Assembly (NCBI GenBank): GCA_964035545.1
Contig: OZ037767.1
Location: forward strand, 17,791,781 to 17,855,780
Direction: 5' to 3'
DNA length: 64,000 nucleotides
DNA from: Bugula neritina
Lineage: Eukaryota > Animalia > Bryozoa
This document shows positions 36,665 to 46,200 of this stretch, one piece after another; position 1 is the stretch's first letter, and the number at the start of each line of letters is the position of its first letter. The translations under genes and the position numbers were made by a program. The notes under the pieces are model-generated. The model was not told where the DNA came from. It did not search any database and saw nothing but the letters and a program-made list of their open reading frames with translations.

Positions 36665-37017
36665 TGTAGTGAGTAGTGCAAAGTACAAATACGGGAATCG
36701 CCCTCTCTCTACTCTTGGAATACTTAGACCCTTATGTAGCAACCAATTAGCAGCTCCGGAAGATATGCTTCCGATTCACGTGACACTTCCCGGGTTATTA
36801 ACATTATCTCACGTTGTTGTAAGCGGAGGCTTGAAGTAGTAACATGTGTTAGTAGTTGACTGATGTATAGGATAATTTGATGTGATGTTTGTTTTATGCT
36901 TTATTGTGGATAATAAATATAATTACTCGACAGCTACCCTAGTAATTGCTAGCAGAATAACCAGCTAAATATACGCAAGTAAATAACTCACGCTCAGTAA
37001 TTGCACAAATTACTACA
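36665..37017 (+). repeat. 5' LTR of element 1
   Basis: TGTAGT..ACTACA, duplicated at 41584-41935. Confidence 0.95.
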
Positions 37018-37018
37018 G

Positions 37019-37036
37019 TGGTGGCAGCGGTGGGAT
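37019..37036 (+). promoter_or_regulatory. primer binding site, tRNA-Leu
   Basis: 18-nt TGGTGGCAGCGGTGGGAT complements ATCCCACCGCTGCCA-CCA, the 3' end of eukaryotic tRNA-Leu(AAG/TAG). Confidence 0.85.
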
Positions 37037-37052
37037 CTTGCGTATAGCAGTC

Positions 37053-38003
37053 ATGGCAGAAGACGGCACGGAGCTACCCATTCCACTGAATGAAGGTGAG
37101 AGAGATAATGTTGATATACCTGTGGAACCAGTGGTGTTAGATGAAGAAGTGAGAATTCTTAGAGAGCATGATGAAGACAGATACCGGCTGAAGGCGCCAA
37201 CCTTCACAGGCGAAGAAGCAGTGGAGCAGTTTATCCAAGAATTCCAAGATGTGATGGAGATTTCAGAGTGGCCACCAAGGGTGGCGTTGCTCAAGCTCAG
37301 GATGGCGCTGACGGGCAAAGCTAAGCCGTACGGAGCGGGACCTGACATAGACGGAATCTTTGCTTCTCTGCGGGCCCGCTTTGGCATCTCTCCCATAGAT
37401 GCGCAGGCCCGTCTACAAAGGATGCGGCGTGATCCTCACACGTCGCTCGAAGAGCACGCTGCCACGGTGTACCCACTAGCGCAGATCGCGTTCCGCGATC
37501 TGCCTCCAGTACACCGTGAGAGGTATACTTATGATGCCTTCGTGCAGTCCATCAACGACTTGGGGCTCCACCATCAACTCCAAGCGAGGGGAGTCACCAC
37601 AGTCGAAGATGCACTTGCGGTGGGAGAAGCCTACCTCTTGGCGACTCATATGCACCGCAACCGCGTGGCCTCCCGCCAGGTGACCACGGAGCACACTACT
37701 GCTCACACCGAACCAAACGCGGAACCCTCCGCGGTGGCTAATGTGAACCAGATGTCACTAGCGTCAAAAGTCGCACAGATGACTGACATGCTAGATAAAC
37801 TGGTCACCACATTAGCCTCCCCAAGCCAGGTAGATACTGCCCGTGAGCCTTGCGGGCCGCAGGTACAATCACCAGGCATGGAGCACCACTTCTGCTGGGG
37901 ATGCGGAAGGCCAGGACATTTCCAGAGGAACTGCCCTCAGCTCCCACAAGGGTTAAACTACCACGGCCCGCAGATGTTCCCACCTCCTGCGGGCCGTCTG
38001 TGA
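37053..38003 (+). CDS. gag: Gag of element 1
   Basis: PTFTG..VEQFIQEF capsid-like motif; CCHC knuckle CWGCGRPGHFQRNC. Confidence 0.9.
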   Translation: MAEDGTELPIPLNEGERDNVDIPVEPVVLDEEVRILREHDEDRYRLKAPTFTGEEAVEQFIQEFQDVMEISEWPPRVALLKLRMALTGKAKPYGAGPDIDGIFASLRARFGISPIDAQARLQRMRRDPHTSLEEHAATVYPLAQIAFRDLPPVHRERYTYDAFVQSINDLGLHHQLQARGVTTVEDALAVGEAYLLATHMHRNRVASRQVTTEHTTAHTEPNAEPSAVANVNQMSLASKVAQMTDMLDKLVTTLASPSQVDTAREPCGPQVQSPGMEHHFCWGCGRPGHFQRNCPQLPQGLNYHGPQMFPPPAGRL

Positions 38004-40210
38004 ATCACCCAGGGAGGCCCGCGCGTCTGTCGCCTCGCTGGGCGCCGTGCGGAGATGCTGAGAAGTGGCGACCCCCGCGGCAAGTAGGCTCAAGCCACTC
38101 GCCGCCTGGGTCCTCTACGCCACTCCAGCACCAACACGGAGCCGGCAGACGGTTGACCACAGAGCCTGCGAGGGAAACGGTACAGGCGCCACAAGGCGTA
38201 CCGCCCCAACCTCGGCAGCTGGTCAATAGTCGCCGCCAACCGTGGACCCCTCGACCCACAGCGAGGGAGGTGCAACCACGGCACACACAACTGCAGCCAC
38301 ACGGAAGTAGCTACTTCCTACCAGGAAAGCTAGCCGGCAAACCTGCCAACTTCCTCCTGGACTCAGGCTGCACCACCAACCTCCTTAGCCGTCAGTTCTT
38401 TGACACCCTCAGCGCTAAAGTCAAGGACGGGTTGGCACCGTATGAGGGGGATCATGGCACCCTGGCAGACGGGTCGTGCATTCCCTTCTACGGCATTACT
38501 GAGCTAACTGGTTACGTCCGTAACCAGGCCATCCAAGAGACGTTTATCGTCGGGCAGCTCAACGAGGATGCTATCCTCGGGATGCCATTCTTACAACGAC
38601 ACGGTTGTCGCATCGATTTCAGTAAATCTGCGATGATCATGGGCGACAAGGAGCTCGCTTGTGTCGATAAGTTTGGTCGTCCTCTAGCGGGAGCAGTGCA
38701 GGTAGTACGGAGCTGTACTATACCAGGCCACTCCCGGGCTACCGTCCGCTGCAAGGTAGACGGTGGCCAAACCTCTAAGTTGGGAGTTGTCGAAAGTACG
38801 CACTCGAGAGTCCAACTTGCCCATAGCTTTAGCCGGCTTACGGGACAAGGAGAGATCTCAGTGCAGTGTGTCAACCCCTTCTCAGAGACAGTAGACCTAC
38901 CACCCAGATCCATGCTGGGTCGCTTCCATCCTGTCCAGGAGGAAGCCATTGGGCCGTCGTCGGGAGCTACGACGGAAGGTCCTCAGCAGAGCCCGTCTCG
39001 AGGGCGGAGGACCGTCCCAACCCACGCCTCCCCTCCTCCAGGGACGCGTGGCTGCACAGGCAACGGGAAGCGCCAGGCTATGGCTAGGTTGCCACATGGG
39101 TACAGTGAGGCGTTCCGCCACACAGGCAACGGAGCCCGCCTAAATAGAGCAGGCTGTCGTGAGGTACCACGGGCGGCGAGGACCGCCCCTGCTCAGCTAC
39201 TCCAACAGAGGGCTGACACGCCCCCGGAGGCTGTCCAGAGCCTCCGCGCCAAACCTGTATGGGCTGGTAACGTTAGGGAGCTGCCGAAGCTCCAGGAATG
39301 CCTTCCTGGGGTGGTAGCCGACGTGTACCGAGCGAAACAGGAAGGGCGACGACCCAGTAGTAAACAACGGCGACAGGGATGCGCCGAGTTACGGCTGTAC
39401 TGTCAACGTTGGAGCTCTCTGCGGGTCGGGCCAGATGGTCTGCTGACCATGACCTTGGCCGCCAACAGCAGACAGCCAGCCAGGAAGAGGGTTGTCTGCC
39501 CAGTTGCCATTCGCCGGAAGTTGATACAAGACACCCACGAGGAGACTCACGGAGGAGTCCAAGGGGTGGTCACTAAGCTACAACTCCGGTGGTACTGGCC
39601 CAACATGGAACGGGATATCCGACGCAGAGTGAGACGGTGCAAAGTCTGCCAGACCAACAAGCATAGCCGTCTCCCTGGTGAAGCGGGGCGGCAGACGCAT
39701 TGTGCGAGAAGGTCTCGGCAGGCGGAGACTGTCAACCTGGCCGGAAACACCTCCATGACACGTCAGGAAGACTTGGCGAGGCGAGAAAGGCCACTTCCGT
39801 CCTTGAAAGTGCGCCCACCGCCCCCAGCGTCAAGCCTGCCATCATCACCACTTCCGGAACCAGAAACAGGTCCGGAAGTGCAAAAACCCCCCGTGGGAGG
39901 GGCTCCGCAAGGAGATACCAACGTAGGACCAGGACCACACACTAGGCAACTTCCAGCGTGTCTCAGAGACTGTGTACGTGACCGCGGTATAAGCGGCAGT
40001 AACGAAAGTCTAGAGAGGCCTCGCATGGGAAAACAGGCAAAAAGCCGTGGGAGTTGTGATCACCACGAAAATCTCAACTTTTGCCTCGGCGGAATCTCAC
40101 ACGAGATTCATCCGCTGGAAGTGAAAAGCCCTAGTCACGTTTCACAACCACGCTGTCCGGTCTTTTCCTATGTTGATGCAGTCGAGAGTAGACGTGCCAG
40201 TAAACAGTAA
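37850..40210 (+). CDS. pol: internally deleted Pol: aspartic protease + integrase H2C2 zinc domain; no RT, RNase H or DDE core
   Basis: FLLDSGCTTN and AILGMPFL protease motifs; HEETHGG..YWPNM..CKVC; in the -1 frame to gag with G TTA AAC near 37952. Confidence 0.85.
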   Translation: MRAAGTITRHGAPLLLGMRKARTFPEELPSAPTRVKLPRPADVPTSCGPSVNHPGRPARLSPRWAPCGDAEKWRPPRQVGSSHSPPGSSTPLQHQHGAGRRLTTEPARETVQAPQGVPPQPRQLVNSRRQPWTPRPTAREVQPRHTQLQPHGSSYFLPGKLAGKPANFLLDSGCTTNLLSRQFFDTLSAKVKDGLAPYEGDHGTLADGSCIPFYGITELTGYVRNQAIQETFIVGQLNEDAILGMPFLQRHGCRIDFSKSAMIMGDKELACVDKFGRPLAGAVQVVRSCTIPGHSRATVRCKVDGGQTSKLGVVESTHSRVQLAHSFSRLTGQGEISVQCVNPFSETVDLPPRSMLGRFHPVQEEAIGPSSGATTEGPQQSPSRGRRTVPTHASPPPGTRGCTGNGKRQAMARLPHGYSEAFRHTGNGARLNRAGCREVPRAARTAPAQLLQQRADTPPEAVQSLRAKPVWAGNVRELPKLQECLPGVVADVYRAKQEGRRPSSKQRRQGCAELRLYCQRWSSLRVGPDGLLTMTLAANSRQPARKRVVCPVAIRRKLIQDTHEETHGGVQGVVTKLQLRWYWPNMERDIRRRVRRCKVCQTNKHSRLPGEAGRQTHCARRSRQAETVNLAGNTSMTRQEDLARRERPLPSLKVRPPPPASSLPSSPLPEPETGPEVQKPPVGGAPQGDTNVGPGPHTRQLPACLRDCVRDRGISGSNESLERPRMGKQAKSRGSCDHHENLNFCLGGISHEIHPLEVKSPSHVSQPRCPVFSYVDAVESRRASKQ

Positions 40211-40524
40211 TCATTTACCGCTCTCATTCCAAAATGTCTTACTATTCTGGATCGAAGGGTGAGTTAATTATGTTTTTGGTACGATAACTAGACTGCATCA
40301 GTCAGCTTTAGCTACACTAGCTAGCGAGCTGGAGATTCGATAATGATAAACAGTGGTGGGAATACACGTCGACTTTGATTTTAAATAATCTGTCATAGCG
40401 AGTGTGTTCTCCATCAACTATTCATTAGCCTGAATCTCACGAGTGTAACTGAACAGAGTACCGGTCAGGCTGTACACGCCGACGGTACCTCAGTGTATAA
40501 TCTTTAACACTGCTACTCTTTCAG

Positions 40525-41291
40525 ATCACACTCGAGTGACCACCTCCCGGTCACGGGACCAGCCAACCTCTCTGCCTATGGAAGAAGAGCCTGTAATGGA
40601 GAATGGCATACCCGTGGTACTCCGTCGACGACACCGTTGGGTGTCACTCACGACGGAAAGGAGAATTGAAGAAGCCTGGGGACCCAGTGGACCACACCGA
40701 ACCTGCCAGGTCTGCTTTGAGGAGTGCCCGTCACACCGCTCCCTGCGTTTACATGTAGACGCCCATTTCCTACTCCACTTCTGTCCCTGCGGGTTCCACG
40801 ACGTCTACCCGTATCCCGTGACAGTACATAAGCTGAGCTGCTTCGCCGGAGAGAACCACACTGTTGATGAAGACAGTTTCCCCCTATACCTGGATGCCAT
40901 CAAGCCAGTCATCAGGAAGGCTATCACCCTGGCCGCACTAGCGTCAGGGTTCCACGTACTGCTGCTATCCGCCCGCCATAAGTCTCCTATGGTTCAGGGC
41001 CCGCCTCCTACCCCCGTCAACCCTAGCAACACCCCAGAAGTAGAAGAAACAACAATACCCCCTCTAACAGAGACTACTACAACCCCGCCAAGGCCTAGCC
41101 AGCTGGCTAATGTAGAAGAGCGGCTTGTAAGACTACAAGCCGAGTTCACACAACTTGCCCCTGACTTGCTGGATACGACGACAGGTCTATACCAGTTGAA
41201 GGACTCAGTGGGGCGACTGAAGAGGCGGCTACGTGCCCGACAGGCTCGACACAGAGCACGATCGCTACAAGAGTCAGAGTCCACCCAATGA
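40525..41291 (+). CDS. ORF3 of element 1: zinc-finger / coiled-coil / Arg-rich protein in env position
   Basis: CQVC-x12-H-x3-H, then CPCGFH; C-terminal heptad-like stretch and RLKRRLRARQARHRAR; preceded by a ctactctttcag acceptor. Confidence 0.75.
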
Positions 41292-41583
41292 GAATGCCTG
41301 GGGTAGGCACCTTCGTTGAGCTGTAACTCGTCTGGAAAGTGACGAGTGCTCCGACATTGGCCCGCGTGCTGGTAAGCACCCTCTCTCTTTATAGCTGACT
41401 AGATGTGTGTGTTCGATCACCCTGTTGTCTTCTAATGTAAATGTGTCGTACTCAACTATTTCTTTTCTTATTCTTTGTGGGTTTACTTATGTATGTTTTT
41501 CTTTTTGGATTATTGTGTAGTTTTTCATTATGTGTTTTTTTATTGTGTTATCAGAAAGTAGGGCTTTCTGCTGGGGGGGGCGG

Positions 41584-41935
41584 TGTAGTGAGTAGTGCAA
41601 AGTACAAATACGGGAATCGCCCTCTCTCTACTCTTGGAATACTTAGACCCTTATGTAGCAACCAATTAGCAGCTCCGGAAGATATGCTTCCGATTCACGT
41701 GACACTTCCCGGGTTATTAACATTATCTCACGTTGTTGTAAGCGGAGGCTTGAAGTAGTAACATGTGTTAGTAGTTGACTGATGTATAGGATAATTTGAT
41801 GTGATGTTTGTTTTATGCTTTATGTGGATAATAAATATAATTACTCGACAGCTACCCTAGTAATTGCTAGCAGAATAACCAGCTAAATATACGCAAGTAA
41901 ATAACTCACGCTCAGTAATTGCACAAATTACTACA
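41584..41935 (+). repeat. 3' LTR of element 1
   Basis: Copy of 36665-37017, followed by TSD ATAT. Confidence 0.95.
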
Positions 41936-43295
41936 ATATGATCTATGAATAGTTGTTTAATTACATTGTAATGAAATGTAAAAGATATCAGAATTTAAAT
42001 AGCATTTTAATAGGCATAATTTTTAAGATGGCAAAATTGCTTACCACAGTTTCACTTGGTTTTGTTTTTAGAATTATTCTAAATGCTTTTTTTGCTAAAT
42101 CAAAATTTTATCCAGCTTTGAAGTACCAGCATGACCCCAAAACTCTAAACCATAAATTTAATGTGCATGGATAAAGAATGTATAGTAAATCTCCATCATT
42201 GTTTTTGTGTTATTAAAGTACTTTCTTACATGTCTCATTATTCAACTACGTAAATTAATTTATTACAAATTTTTGCTATATGTTTACTAAACGAAATATG
42301 TTCATATAAAATAATTCTTAAAAATTGAGTGCAATTTGCATTTAAGATAGGCATGTTGTTCAAAAATATAGGATTAAAAGGTTTTAACCGATGTTTCTGG
42401 GGATTTATGAAATGCATAGACAAGGTTTTTTGTGAATTTATTATAAGTTTGTTTGCTACACACCATTGACTAATTTTATTAACTCCGTGTTGTAATCCTA
42501 TAATATCGGTGGAGGAAACACTGGTATCACCAGCAAACAATATAGTTTTAGGGTTGGAATATTTTCTGCTAAATCATTAATAAAAATTAAAAACAGCAAC
42601 TGTCCAAGAATGGAGCTTTGAGGCACCCAATATTTACCTGTTGAGTATAAGTTGATAGAATATTATTGTTATTGGCAAACTGTTTTCTATTTGAGAGATA
42701 ATTCTTTACAATGGTGGTGGCTGAATTAGAAAAACTATAAAATTCTAATTTTTCAATCAAGATTAAGTGATCAACTGTATCAAAGGCTTTCAAAAATAAA
42801 GAAACATTCAATGTGTTATCATTTTGCAATCTAGATTATGGTAAAGATTTTCAAGCAATCTATTTATTACACCAAAGATGTTTTGGTTTGCACAAAAGCC
42901 ATACTGATTTTCTACAAAAAAGTTACGATTCTCCATGTAAGTACGGATTTGCTTGGCCATGATTTTCTCTATTACTTTTGACAACACTGGCAAGATCGAA
43001 ATAGGACGATATAGTTGTTAACATCAAATTTACTTCCCTTTTTGTGCAATGCTGTTACTCTTGCAATTTTGAGACAGTTGGAAAAATTGATAATTTGATA
43101 TTGCTTTGTATATTAAATAAGTGATGATGGAGCAAGTGAAAGCAAGTTGTAGTCTTCCCTGTATCTAGATGACTAATGGTCTCAATAACATCTTCTTCTA
43201 ATACTTCCACAAAGCACACATTTACATTTAGCAACTGTTTATGTGTCATAAAACTTGTTAAATGTGTGTTTGAAATGAAAAATTTGTCTGCCAAC

Positions 43296-46200
43296 TGTTA
43301 TATTATTATGTGTCTTTTGTTTATCACTAATTACGGACTAGCGAGATGCTACGTTATAATGTCATGTGCATTTGTTTATTAAAATACATATTGGGTCAAG
43401 GACGAACGAGAGACTACGAGATGAAAGATGTCAGCCTACAGTAGATAAACACGCCGATAGACTTTGTGATAAAATAATTATAAATCAGTACTATACTTTT
43501 GGTCCTTGTATTTCCCCTGGCCGGCCAGACCCCACTTTAAGTTTATTGTTCTTTCGATACTTCAATGTCATGCCTACATACTTCGAGTAACTCTCAGGTA
43601 ATTATATACTCACTATACTTAATGTTTCATGGTGGCAGCTAGATCGTACTCGCACCCTACTTTGCCACTGGAGTGGTGATTGTTTAGCTTTTAGTTGTTT
43701 GTTGTTGTGGACTGTGTTGGTCTGCCTTGGAGCTGTCATGGAAGGTTTGAAGGCCCCTGGAGAATTATCATTTGAAGGTAATGTGTCAGACAATTGGAGG
43801 AAGTGGAGAAGGGCCTTGGAAAATTATTTGCTTGCAAGTGATTTGGTTTTGAAGCCTCAAGAGAGTGGCCAAGAGCCTCCTCCTGAGAATGCGGGTATTA
43901 ATAGACGTCAGGTTGCTATACTTCTGAACCAGGCTGGTGAGGAAGCTACTGAGATTTATGGTCAATTTGACTTTCCCGCAGGTAAAAGCAAGGATGTTAT
44001 GGCTGATGTTTTGGAGCAGTTTGAAGCCTATTGCAATCCCCGGCGTAACGTGTTGTATGAATGGTTTGTTTTTTGGTCTCTCAGTCAGAGTGATGGAGAG
44101 CCCATTGACACCTTTGTGAAACGTCTAAAAACTCAAGCTACAAAATGTGATTTTGGCGAATTGCGAGACCGAATGCTTCTCTGCAGAATTGTGTTTGGAC
44201 TCACTGATGGAAAGTTGAAGGAGCGGCTACTCCGTGACAAAAACGTTAAACTTGAGAGTGCCTTAGATGACATCCGTGCTGCTGAGATTACCAAACAGCA
44301 AATGTCAAGAATGGCTGCCGGTGATACTACTATGAAGACAGTCAATGAGATAAATGATGCTGCAGTCAGCACTGTGCAGAGTCAGCCTGGCGCTACGCAA
44401 AATAAAACCAGAAGTAACACACGTAAGGACAACATAGATTGCAAATTTTGTGGATATACACATGCCAAAGGTAGATGTCCTGCTTATGGCGAGACATGTC
44501 ATAACTGCGGGAAGAAAAATCACTTTGAGAAAGTCTGCAAAGGCAAAGCTCTTGCAGCGAAACAAATGAATAGCTTGTTCATAGGTGCTGTTGGTGCTCT
44601 TTCTAATGAATCTAAATTGAAATCTTGGATTCTTCCGATGAAGGTCAGTGACAAAGGAAAGGCCAATGATATTCAGTTTAAGATTGATACTGGAGCTGAA
44701 ACGAATTGCATCAACCTAAGAACCGTTCAGTCACTTGGTGCTACTCTAAAGCCCACTTCTGTATGCCTTTACGGCTATAATAAGGCCAAGATCAAGAATG
44801 TGGGTGCAGTTCAACTCACCGTGAACCACAAGGAGCATAGCCAGAGTGTCCACTTCGAGGTGGTTGATGAGGACCTTCCTCCCATACTTGGCCTCGAGGC
44901 TGCTGAATCTTTTGGTCTGATCCGCAGAGTTAATCAGTTGTCAACCTCGATACTTCAGGAGTTCCCTGAGGTGTTTGAAGGAGTTGGCAGACTTGATGGA
45001 GAGCACGAGATATGTGTTGACGAGAATGTGAAGCCTGTGGTTCATCATCCAAGACGTGTCCCACTCAGTATGTTAGACAAAGTGAAAAAGGAGCTGGATG
45101 ATATGGAGGCATCTGGAATCATATCTAAGGTTGACGTACCAACCAACTGGGTGAGTAGTATGGTATGCGTTGAAAAGAAAGATGGGTCGGTTCGTATATG
45201 CCTAGACCCCAAGGACCTGAACAGAGCAGTGAGACGAGAACATCACAAGATACCCACATTAGAAGACATTGCCTTCAGATTCAATGGTATGCAATACTAC
45301 ACCATCATGGACATGAAACATGGATACTGGCATGTAGCCTTGACCAAAGAGAGTAGACTGCTCACAACGTTCAACACCCCATATGGTCGCTACTGTTTTG
45401 ATAGACTTCCATTTGGTCTTCACTCAAGTGCTGAAGTCTTTGAGAAGAAGGTGGAGCAAATATTTGGAGACTTGCCTGGTGTCTCAGTGTATTTTGATGA
45501 CATCATTGTAGCTGGAAAGACACAACAGGAACATGATGCCAATCTGAGAAAGCTATTGGTAAAGGCCAAAGAGGCTAATGTGAAGTTTAATCGCAAGAAG
45601 ATTCAGTTGAATCAGACGGAGGTACGCTATTTAGGCCATATAGTATCGAAAGATGGTCTGCGTCCTGACCCAGACAAGATAGCAGCTATTGAGGCTATGC
45701 CTGACCCAACAGACCGAGAGGGAGTACAAAGACTGATTGGTACTCTCAATTTTCTAAGAGCCTACATACCCAACATGTCAGCCTGTACTGAGCCCTTGAG
45801 AGTGCTACTGAAGAGTGATAGTCAGTGGGTGTGGTCCAAAGAACAAATGGAAAGCTTCCAGGTAATTAAACGCTTGCTTACATCCGAACCTGTCTTGCAG
45901 TATTTTGATGTTACCAAGGATGCGCATTTACAAGTTGACGCTTCAAAGTCGGGACTTGGTGCAGTGTTACTACAGGAAGGTAAACCTGTTGCATACGCTT
46001 CACGCAGCTTAACTGAGACTGAGTGCAACTATCCCCAAATAGATAAGGAGCTGCTAGCAGTTGTGTTCGGCTGTGAGCGCTTTCACAGCTACCTCTATGG
46101 ACGTGCTGTTCACATACAGACGGATCATAAACCTCTCGTCCCGATAATGAACAAGTCGTTGCACAAGGCATCCCCAAGGCTGCAAAGACTACTTCTGCGA

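Larger units (their letters stand above)
36665..41935 (+). mobile_element. non-autonomous Gypsy-type LTR retrotransposon (gag, truncated pol, extra ORF3)
   Basis: LTRs 36665-37017 and 41584-41935 (TG..CA, one 1-bp indel seen), 4-bp TSD ATAT, PBS TGGTGGCAGCGGTGGGAT, G-rich PPT. Confidence 0.95.

Noticed and set aside
40525-41291. ORF3 as an envelope protein
   Set aside because: No signal peptide or transmembrane segment is visible
43366-43590. 74-aa ORF duplicated at 47876-48100
   Set aside because: Lies within the LTRs and is disrupted by indels in the solo LTR
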